From NCBI RefSeq assembly GCF_041248615.1, contig NZ_CP158426.1: DNA of 64,000 bases, one strand, 5' to 3'. The DNA comes from Escherichia coli (GTDB lineage Bacteria > Pseudomonadota > Gammaproteobacteria > Enterobacterales > Enterobacteriaceae). The translations under genes and the position numbers were made by a program. This document shows positions 56,692 to 64,000 of this stretch, piece by piece; positions within the stretch are counted from its first letter, which is position 1; each line of letters starts with the position of its first letter. Below the pieces are notes generated by a model. That model saw nothing but the letters and a program-made list of their open reading frames with translations. It made no database searches and was not told where the DNA came from.

Positions 56692-57747
56692 TCAGGATAT
56701 GGGCTGGGTGTCTAACAGTGCGTAAGGGTTAAAACGGATCACCTCTTCGCCCAGCCAGTCGTTGACGTGTTTCATTGCTTCCATGACGGGCATCAGTTCG
56801 TTAATGGCAAACACACGGGCTGCCTTCTCCACATCCCCGAATGACCCCTTCTCACCCGGCATGGCCCCCATCAGCTGCGGCGGTACACGGTGCACGGACA
56901 GCACATCATCACGCGATGCAGCCTTGACGTTCATGAACTCATCCTTTGCGGTGATTTGCTGAAACGGCAAAATCTGTACGCCATCCTTACCACCTCCCGC
57001 CGCGTGGATGAGCAGATTTTTAAACGCCCCGCCACCACGCGCGCTTTGCAGTGTTTCCCGCAGTTTTTCCATGCTTTCACGGTCAACCTGCGCCGCACCG
57101 ATGTAGACAATACAGCCCGCGTGTGAGCCGTTATCGTAGTAGAGCTTGCGGAAGATATCGGCGGAATGTGACAGGCTGGCAGACAGCAGGCCGCCCAGGT
57201 AATCCGGCATCCCGTAAATCTCCTGGTTGATATCAGGATTCATCAGGTGGCATATCGTCCCCTCACGAAAGCGGTACTCTTCCTGTCCTTCCTGTATATA
57301 CCACCATGATTTCATATCGCTGCCACGTCGCATGTATTTCGCCAGCGCCCGGCGCAGGGCCAGCGGTTCGCCAAGCATGTTGCGCCGCAGCTCAAGACAG
57401 GCATTACCGAACACAAACCAGTCCATCGCCACCCCGGCGAACTCCTGGCGGGACAGCAGAGGATGTGGAATATAGCAGCCCAGCAGCACATTACGTTTGA
57501 AGCTGAGCGCCGACTGGTGCCAGGACGTCTGGCGGGCAGCCCGTGCCAGTCCGTACCAGTCAACGGGCGTTTCAAACCACCGCCCGTTGTCGGCGCAGTA
57601 CATGCTGTCCAGCAGGTCGGCCCCTGACAGCCGGTAAGGTCCTTCAAACGTGAAGGCACTCAGTGTCGGGTCGCTTCGCAGGGAATCCGCAAGGCTGCCC
57701 TGCGCTGCGCGGGCGTTCGTACGTCGTTGTTTATTTTTTCTGCTCAT
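56692..57747 (-). CDS. Q: phage portal protein, P2 gpQ-like
   Basis: 351 aa ORF, leftward, stop overlapping the downstream terminase gene; position and size match P2 Q. Confidence 0.8.
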   Translation of the reverse strand: MSRKNKQRRTNARAAQGSLADSLRSDPTLSAFTFEGPYRLSGADLLDSMYCADNGRWFETPVDWYGLARAARQTSWHQSALSFKRNVLLGCYIPHPLLSRQEFAGVAMDWFVFGNACLELRRNMLGEPLALRRALAKYMRRGSDMKSWWYIQEGQEEYRFREGTICHLMNPDINQEIYGMPDYLGGLLSASLSHSADIFRKLYYDNGSHAGCIVYIGAAQVDRESMEKLRETLQSARGGGAFKNLLIHAAGGGKDGVQILPFQQITAKDEFMNVKAASRDDVLSVHRVPPQLMGAMPGEKGSFGDVEKAARVFAINELMPVMEAMKHVNDWLGEEVIRFNPYALLDTQPIS

Positions 57748-59498
57748 CAGAACTCCGTAACACTGAAGGGGGCGGCATCATGTTCACCGCCGACAGGTTC
57801 GTTGATAACGGCCAGCATGGTGGCCCATGCAAGATCGCCATGGCTTACGCCTCTTGCGCGATCTGTTTCGTAGGTGATAAATCCGGCCTGCGTTTTTGTT
57901 TTGCGTACCGCGTTAAAGGCGCTCACCAGTTCGCGCTCGCTGCGGTCGTACTCCCACCGCCCGGCGCGCATGAGCTGCAGCATCTTCAGAACCAGCGTGC
58001 GCTTTGATGACAGGGTGAAGGTGTAGGGAATGGCTGCCGGAAAAAAGCGCTTCACAATCTGATACACCGCATCCCCGTGACCGCCGGTTACGTCAATACC
58101 GATATGCTCAACGTTATAGCGAAAGGTGAACTCTTCAATCACCTTCGCCTGCGCCTCAAACTCCAGCCCCTGCACCCGCCGCGTCTCCACGGTGCGAAAA
58201 CGCCCGCCCGGTACGGCTGGCGGCACCACCACGACAACCGCCCCGCTGTCACCGTTCCCGCTACTGCCGTTGGCGTCGTACCCAATCCACACAGGGCGGT
58301 TCCCCATCGGACGCGGTGCAAACGGCTTCCAGTCCGGCCACTCGTCGTATCCGTCAACACCGCAGCCAATCAGGATATTCAGGTTAAATGCCGATTCCCC
58401 TTCGCGAGCAAATTCACACATGTAGAGATTGCGGAACTCGTCTTCAGTGTTATTGCGCCGGATTTTGTCAATGTTGGTTAACGTCCATCCCTGACTGACC
58501 ACATCTTCCAGCGTCACAATTTGCCGCCAGATATAGTCAGGACAGATAAGGCCGTTATGAAGCGCATTCCAGCTCACATCAAAATGCTGACGTTTATGAG
58601 TACGAAGCCCTTCATTCCAGTGATCGCCGTTCCAGTATGCATACGCCTCATGTGTTTCACTTGATGGCGTGGAAAAATAGGTACACCGCAAACCATCCAG
58701 CGTTGCCATAGCAGCAGCCACCTTGCGCAGCTCTGCGAAACGCCCCGTCCAGAAAAACTCATCAAAATACAGATTCCCTGTGTACGCTTGCGCGGTGGCC
58801 GCAGAAGTGCCGAGAAAATGCAGCTCTGCACCGTTGGAGAGGATGACTTTATCGCCCCCTTTCAGTTCCACATCAACTTCAGATGCAGCCTTCTGAATAA
58901 TGCTTTTAAACTGGAGCGCCTGACGACGAGACGCAGACAAAAAAATCTGGTTACGCTGGTAAGGTTGTGCCACATCGTCACGCAGCGCCATCAGCAGCGC
59001 TTCCTGCGCAAAATACCAGGTCGCCCCAATCTGGCGGGATTTCAGGATCATCCTGTCAGTAATTCCGGCACGCTCACAGGCACCGATAGCATCAAGCCAT
59101 TTGCGCTGGTGTCCGGCCAGCCTGTCGGTAATTTTTTCCCGCAGCGCCGCGATCTGTTCCGGCGTGAAATGATTTTTGTGTTTTTTCGCCCGGCCTTTCT
59201 TTCCTGTTGCCGTCTCATCCGGCAGACCGTCATGCAGCTTTTTAAGCTGACGGGTCAGCAAATCAATTTCCTTAAAGTCCCCGCCTGTTTTATTCTGTTT
59301 TTCCGTGAGCTGAATGAGTCGCGCATCCATGGACTGCGTGACACGCTGAACCGGGGGCGTCTCATCCCACTGGTCGCGTTTTTTCCACGAATGGATCGTG
59401 TTCTGGTTGATACCCATAAGGCGGGAAATTTCCGCAACAGGGTAACCCTGCCAGTACAGCTGGCGTGCCCGCTGGCGAACAAATGTATCCTGAATCAT
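57747..59498 (-). CDS. P: terminase large (ATPase) subunit, P2 gpP-like
   Basis: 583 aa ORF, leftward, divergent from O; size and position match P2 P. Confidence 0.8.
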   Translation of the reverse strand: MIQDTFVRQRARQLYWQGYPVAEISRLMGINQNTIHSWKKRDQWDETPPVQRVTQSMDARLIQLTEKQNKTGGDFKEIDLLTRQLKKLHDGLPDETATGKKGRAKKHKNHFTPEQIAALREKITDRLAGHQRKWLDAIGACERAGITDRMILKSRQIGATWYFAQEALLMALRDDVAQPYQRNQIFLSASRRQALQFKSIIQKAASEVDVELKGGDKVILSNGAELHFLGTSAATAQAYTGNLYFDEFFWTGRFAELRKVAAAMATLDGLRCTYFSTPSSETHEAYAYWNGDHWNEGLRTHKRQHFDVSWNALHNGLICPDYIWRQIVTLEDVVSQGWTLTNIDKIRRNNTEDEFRNLYMCEFAREGESAFNLNILIGCGVDGYDEWPDWKPFAPRPMGNRPVWIGYDANGSSGNGDSGAVVVVVPPAVPGGRFRTVETRRVQGLEFEAQAKVIEEFTFRYNVEHIGIDVTGGHGDAVYQIVKRFFPAAIPYTFTLSSKRTLVLKMLQLMRAGRWEYDRSERELVSAFNAVRKTKTQAGFITYETDRARGVSHGDLAWATMLAVINEPVGGEHDAAPFSVTEF

Positions 59499-59569
59499 TT
59501 CTCCCCCTCATGTGATTCAGGCAGTTTACTCACCCCTTACAGGCCTCCTGCCATGCCCGGTGTTGTCGG

Positions 59570-59593
59570 CATTCGCTTACAACAAACGCACTT
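59570..59593 (+). promoter_or_regulatory. candidate late-promoter activator site (TGT-N12-ACA dyad)
   Basis: TGTTGTcggcattcgcttACAACA in the P/O divergent intergenic region, about 60 bp upstream of the O start; matches the Ogr/Delta-type element of P2 late promoters. Confidence 0.55.
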
Positions 59594-59652
59594 TGTCTGT
59601 CCCTGCCCCGTTTTGCCATCATGAGACAAACGATCATCACGAGGGCCCGACA

Positions 59653-60489
59653 ATGCCTGAACAGAAAAAAACATCCCGTAAAACATTCCGCGTGGCCGTT
59701 TCCGGTCCCACCGCAGACGGTCGCGAAATCAGTGCCGCAGATTTGCGCGCGGCGGCCAGTAACTTCAACCCTGAGATTTACGGCGCACGCGTGAACGTGG
59801 AGCACTGGCTTTCACCGGTTCCGTCCAGTGAATTTTCCGCCATGGGTGATGTGACGGCACTGAGCACAGAAGAAATCACCGAAGGTCCGCTGGTCGGTCG
59901 TACTGCGCTGTATGCGGAAATCGAACCCACCGACCGCATGAAAAATCTGGTCTCCCGGGGTAAGAAAATTTACTCCAGTATTGAGCTGGCACGAAATTTC
60001 ACCCCTACGGGCACCCCGTATCTTATTGGCCTTGCCATGACAGACACCCCGGCAAGCATCGGCACGGAGCGTCTTCAGTTCGCCCTGCAGCAGCGCCGTT
60101 CGGTCATGACCTTCAATAATCAGCAGACGGAAGCACCGATGTTCTCTGACGCCATTGAGGCTGAAGTGATCGAACTGACGGAGCGCCGCAGCGAGGAAGG
60201 TGCGCAGTGGCTTAACCGCGTGATGAACATGATTGGGCGAGGACGCAGGGCTGACGACACCCGGTTCTCCCGCATTCATGACGCCGTTGAGGGGATAGCC
60301 TCATCGCATGCCGACCTTCTCGACCGCTTCAGTGCACTGGAATCGCGCCATCAGGCAGACAGACAGAAAATCGCCACCCTGTCCACTGAGCTGGCAGAGC
60401 TGAAAAACAGACTGCGCGGACTGGACGCTGATCAGGAAAGTCGTTTTACGGCAACCGGCGGGCAGTCCAGACAACTGGCTGACTACTGA
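59653..60489 (+). CDS. O: capsid scaffolding protein, P2 gpO-like
   Basis: ORF 59512-60489; start placed at MPEQKKTSRK with RBS; 278 aa; first rightward late gene. Confidence 0.75.
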   Translation: MPEQKKTSRKTFRVAVSGPTADGREISAADLRAAASNFNPEIYGARVNVEHWLSPVPSSEFSAMGDVTALSTEEITEGPLVGRTALYAEIEPTDRMKNLVSRGKKIYSSIELARNFTPTGTPYLIGLAMTDTPASIGTERLQFALQQRRSVMTFNNQQTEAPMFSDAIEAEVIELTERRSEEGAQWLNRVMNMIGRGRRADDTRFSRIHDAVEGIASSHADLLDRFSALESRHQADRQKIATLSTELAELKNRLRGLDADQESRFTATGGQSRQLADY

Positions 60490-60517
60490 CAGAAATAACC
60501 ACAAGAGGTGATAACCG

Positions 60518-61657
60518 ATGAATCTGATCATGAGCGATGCCGCGCGGGCCGAGCTTTTTGCTTACCAGGCACAACAGGCGGAGATGAATAACATCACGAT
60601 ATCTGCGCTCTCCTCCCGCTTTTCGGTACAGCCGGCAGTGCAGCAGAGATTTGAAAACGCATCAAAGGAAAGCCATGATTTTCTTCAGAAAGCCAACAGC
60701 ATTGGTGTGACAGAGCAGAAAGGTGAAAAGGTACTCCTGGACACCACCGGGCCGGTTGCGCGCACGAACAGCAGTTATGACGGTACAAATCGTCGTAACC
60801 CGCTGAATGTGGTGGACATGAAAGCGCGACGCTATGAGTGCGAGCAGGTGAACTACGACACCTTCATCTCCTACCCTCAGCTTGACATGTGGGCCGGACA
60901 CCCTGACTTCCAGCTGCGTGTGAGTCGCCAGATTGCCAGACAGGTGGCACTTGATCGCATCATGACAGGTTTTAACGGTACGCACCATGCGGAAGTCTCG
61001 GATATAAAAAAACACCCGCGACTTGAGGACGTCAATAAGGGGTGGCTGCAGGATATCAGGGACCAGGCCCCGCAACGCGTCATGAAAGACGTGATGCTGA
61101 CTGCGCGCAATATGGACAATTCGGTGGCATACACAGGCAGATACGCCAATCCCGATGCACTGGTCCAGGATGCACGCTCATCCCTGCTTGACGAATGGCA
61201 CAAGGACGCAGACGACCTCGTTGTCATCATGGGGCGAAACCTCTTTAACTCCCTGCGCCTGCCGGTCCTGAACAGTATCAGCATGCAGAATGCGAATGCC
61301 GAACTGCTTGCCGGACAGCTCATTGTGTCAACGCGGACCATTGGCGGCCTTGATGTGTACCTTGCGCCATTTTTCCCGGCTCAGTCAATGCTCATCACCT
61401 CATTCAGCAACCTGTCGGTTTACTGGCAGAAGGGGTCCATGCGTCGTCTCATGAAGGATGAGCCCGAATACAACCGTATCGCCATCTATCAGTCCGTTAA
61501 CGACTGCTATGTGGTTGAGGACCATGGTAAGTGCGCACTGATTGAGAATATCAGCTTTGCCACATATGACCATGACGCGCCGGACTGGTACCGGGAGGGC
61601 ATAAAAGCACTGTCAGCGCAGGCTGAAGACAAGGATGCAGGGGAAGAGGAGGATTAA
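60518..61657 (+). CDS. N: major capsid protein, P2 gpN-like
   Basis: 379 aa ORF following O. Confidence 0.75.
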   Translation: MNLIMSDAARAELFAYQAQQAEMNNITISALSSRFSVQPAVQQRFENASKESHDFLQKANSIGVTEQKGEKVLLDTTGPVARTNSSYDGTNRRNPLNVVDMKARRYECEQVNYDTFISYPQLDMWAGHPDFQLRVSRQIARQVALDRIMTGFNGTHHAEVSDIKKHPRLEDVNKGWLQDIRDQAPQRVMKDVMLTARNMDNSVAYTGRYANPDALVQDARSSLLDEWHKDADDLVVIMGRNLFNSLRLPVLNSISMQNANAELLAGQLIVSTRTIGGLDVYLAPFFPAQSMLITSFSNLSVYWQKGSMRRLMKDEPEYNRIAIYQSVNDCYVVEDHGKCALIENISFATYDHDAPDWYREGIKALSAQAEDKDAGEEED

Positions 61658-61659
61658 CC

Positions 61660-62436
61660 ATGCTGACACCGGCACAGGCTCATTTCCAGCACGTGATGGC
61701 TTTACGGGCAGGAACGGCAGCAGAAAACGAGGATATCGTGGCCCGCACGGCTCATGAGCAGGTCCTTCACCGTCTGCGCCTGGCACAGCAACGCATAAAG
61801 GGCGTCCAGGCAAAAGCGGCAAAGGCCGCGCTCAAGCGTGAAATGCTGCCGGGTTTTGCAGGCTGGATAGACGGCACGCTGGAAGCCGACGGCGGACAGC
61901 AGGATGAGGTGATAGCCACACTCATGGTGTGGGCCGTGGACTGTGGCGACCTGGCGCTTGCACTGCGCATCGGGGATTATGTGGTTCGCCACAACCTCAC
62001 GATGCCTGACAACTTCGGGCGTACGGCAGCCACGGTACTGACCGAGGAAATCTGCAACCCTGTTCTGACACAGGCCGGAACGGATGCACACGCCGATTTG
62101 TCCGGCTACATCGAACCGCTGGACACCCTCTGGCAAATTGTCGCGAACCGGGACATGCCCGATGAGGTCCGCGCCAAGCTGTGCAAGGCATGCGCCTTTG
62201 CCCGTCGTGGCCTGACCGATGCCGACAGCATGGCGGTGAGTCTGAAGCTGTTCCGTGAGGCAATGCACCTTAACCCGAATGCGGGGGTAAAACGTGAGAT
62301 TGCCACGCTTTCACGGGCCCTGAAAAAGGCCGGACAGGATGAAGCCGCTGCCGCACAGGAGCCTGCGGCACAGAAAGATACAACCAGAGAACAGACCACG
62401 ACGCCGAAGGCGAAAGCGAAGGCGAAACGTGGTTAA
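61660..62436 (+). CDS. M: terminase small (endonuclease) subunit, P2 gpM-like
   Basis: 258 aa ORF following N. Confidence 0.7.
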   Translation: MLTPAQAHFQHVMALRAGTAAENEDIVARTAHEQVLHRLRLAQQRIKGVQAKAAKAALKREMLPGFAGWIDGTLEADGGQQDEVIATLMVWAVDCGDLALALRIGDYVVRHNLTMPDNFGRTAATVLTEEICNPVLTQAGTDAHADLSGYIEPLDTLWQIVANRDMPDEVRAKLCKACAFARRGLTDADSMAVSLKLFREAMHLNPNAGVKREIATLSRALKKAGQDEAAAAQEPAAQKDTTREQTTTPKAKAKAKRG

Positions 62437-62538
62437 CGGCTGACCCCGTCAGAAGGCGGCGTGCCGGGCGTTCCGGTTACGGTTTTCCGTTCCCCTTACA
62501 CCCGGCACCCACCGCCTTTTTTTCTGAAGGAGCGATTT

Positions 62539-63033
62539 ATGAGCATGGTCGCAAGACCGGAAGCCGCCCCTGCACGGGACGATATCCCCGACACCGACGA
62601 CGGCGACGCCACCATCACCGCCGGGGCATTCTGGCCGGAGATTGTGCTGCGGGAGCTGCGCCTTGCAGTACGCCTGCCGGGCCGCATCACCTCCACACGT
62701 CTGGCGCACGTTGCCACGGGAGCCGTGGCTCACGTCACGCGGGAGCTGGAAGAGTGGCAGAAGGCGCAGTCTGCCGCAGGGTTCAGCATCCTCGCAGAAG
62801 TGCCTGCCGCCACCATCAACGGTGAGAGCGTCAACGTATGGCATTACCGCAACGCCGTCTACAGCGCCACCCGCGCCCTGATTCTGGAACGCTGGCGGGA
62901 TGTGGACACCACTGATAAAGGGGACCGCCGGGCTGACGCACTGGATGAGCAGATGGAAGACTTATGGCGCGATGTGCGCTGGTCCGTGGCAGATATTCTG
63001 GGTCGCCCCCGTCTTTTTGCGGAGCTGGTGTGA
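62539..63033 (+). CDS. L: head completion/stabilisation protein, P2 gpL-like
   Basis: ORF 62461-63033; start placed at MSMVARPEAA with RBS aggag; 164 aa. Confidence 0.7.
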   Translation: MSMVARPEAAPARDDIPDTDDGDATITAGAFWPEIVLRELRLAVRLPGRITSTRLAHVATGAVAHVTRELEEWQKAQSAAGFSILAEVPAATINGESVNVWHYRNAVYSATRALILERWRDVDTTDKGDRRADALDEQMEDLWRDVRWSVADILGRPRLFAELV

Positions 63034-63230
63034 TGAAAGTGAGGGCACTCCAGGGGGATACCGTCGATTTACTCTGTTTCCGGCACTACGGCACCACGCA
63101 GGGGGTGACCGCACAGGTACTTGATGCCAATCCAGGGCTCTGCCGCCAGGTAATTCTGGAAGCGGGACAGGAGGTGGAAATGCCGGAGCCGGAAAGGAAA
63201 CAGCAACGCGAAAAGGTAAAGCTATGGTGA
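63033..63230 (+). CDS. X: small tail protein, P2 gpX-like
   Basis: 65 aa from ATG overlapping L stop; MKVRALQGDTVDLLCFRHYG resembles P2 X. Confidence 0.7.
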   Translation: MKVRALQGDTVDLLCFRHYGTTQGVTAQVLDANPGLCRQVILEAGQEVEMPEPERKQQREKVKLW

Positions 63231-63514
63231 CGGGATTTTTTCAGCGCGTCAGTGACTGGATCACCTTCTGGGCGTCAGTGACGGCAACAACCATTGGTGT
63301 TATGACCATCAGCGAAAAAATTGCGCTGGCCGGGCTGCTTCTGGGGTCACTTTCCGCCATCCATGCCTGGTGCCACCGCAGGCGTACGGAGCAGGCAATG
63401 AAGCGCCGCAATGACCTTATCGCCCGCATCCTGGCACGTTCAGAAAACCGCGAGCTTCACGACGGTGAGAGACGGGCACTGGACAGCGTGAGACAGGACG
63501 GAGAAGAGCGGTGA
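63224..63514 (+). CDS. Y: holin, P2 gpY-like
   Basis: 96 aa ORF with hydrophobic segments (WITFWASVTATTIGVMTI, ALAGLLLGSLSAI) and charged C-terminus; position before lysozyme. Confidence 0.7.
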   Translation: MVTGFFQRVSDWITFWASVTATTIGVMTISEKIALAGLLLGSLSAIHAWCHRRRTEQAMKRRNDLIARILARSENRELHDGERRALDSVRQDGEER

Positions 63515-64000
63515 AACTGCCGGTAAAACGTTATGCGGTGGCGGCCATTGTGGCGCTGGGCGTCTCCATGGCACCCGGTGAACTGAGAACCTCACGGGAA
63601 GCACAGATAAAAATCGCCACCCGGGAAGAGTGCCGGGCGACACCGTACCGTGATATTGCAGGAGTAATGACCGTGGGATGTGGTTCAACAGGGGGCGTGG
63701 AGAACCGGGTTTACGGAGAAAAGGAGGTGGCCCGCCGCTGGGTGAATGACCTGCGGCACGCGGAAAACTGTATCAACCAGAACTTCAGCGGTGCCGCCAT
63801 GCCCCAGTCCGCCTTTGAGGCGATGACCGACGCGGCGTTCAACGTCGGCTGTACCGGCCTGATGTGGTACCGGGACAGGAGCGGCAACCGGCAGCGCACC
63901 ACCATCTGGAAGCACGCACAGGCGCACCGCTGGGTGGCGATGTGCGGGAGACTGACCGATTTTGTCAACAGTGGCGGACGCCGCTCACAGGGGCTGGTTA
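63511..64000 (+). CDS. K: endolysin (lysozyme family, possible signal-anchor-release type), 3' end outside window
   Basis: GTG start overlapping Y stop; N-terminal hydrophobic AAIVALGVSMAPG then EECRATPYRD...GVMTVGCGSTGG lysozyme-like catalytic region; no stop before window end. Confidence 0.65.
   Translation, partial: MKLPVKRYAVAAIVALGVSMAPGELRTSREAQIKIATREECRATPYRDIAGVMTVGCGSTGGVENRVYGEKEVARRWVNDLRHAENCINQNFSGAAMPQSAFEAMTDAAFNVGCTGLMWYRDRSGNRQRTTIWKHAQAHRWVAMCGRLTDFVNSGGRRSQGLV

Larger units (their letters stand above)
42593..64000. mobile_element. P2-like prophage (left end and about 21 kb; continues beyond window)
   Basis: Gene order int-C-cox-like-early ORFs-A-cargo-Q/P(leftward)-O-N-M-L-X-Y-K(rightward) matches P2 prophage organisation; abrupt end of K-12 synteny after dmsA. 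Confidence 0.85.

Overview
This window is Escherichia coli-type chromosome. Positions 1-42296 are conserved core genes in the K-12 order, reversed: aspC(partial)-ycbL-ycbK/mepK-ldtD-mukB-mukE-mukF-smtA/cmoM-elyC-ycbJ-kdsB-ycaR-ycaQ-lpxK-msbA-ycaI-ihfB-rpsA-cmk-ycaL-aroA-serC-ycaP-ycaO-focA-pflB-pflA-ycaM-ycaD-ycaC-dmsCBA. From about 42.3 kb to the window end is a P2-like prophage next to the dmsA promoter region: integrase, C-type repressor, cox-like gene, an expanded early region of small ORFs, replication gene A, a cargo region, then the Q/P and O-N-M-L-X-Y-K morphogenesis and lysis genes. The cargo region between A and Q is the most likely place for an undescribed system: it holds a translationally coupled cluster of small genes (51487-53044), a phased-repeat element, and a gene split in frame by an IS21-family insertion (istA/istB). 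All gene identities are by recognition of protein sequence and synteny from memory; no database search was run. Functions of the prophage cargo ORFs are unknown.
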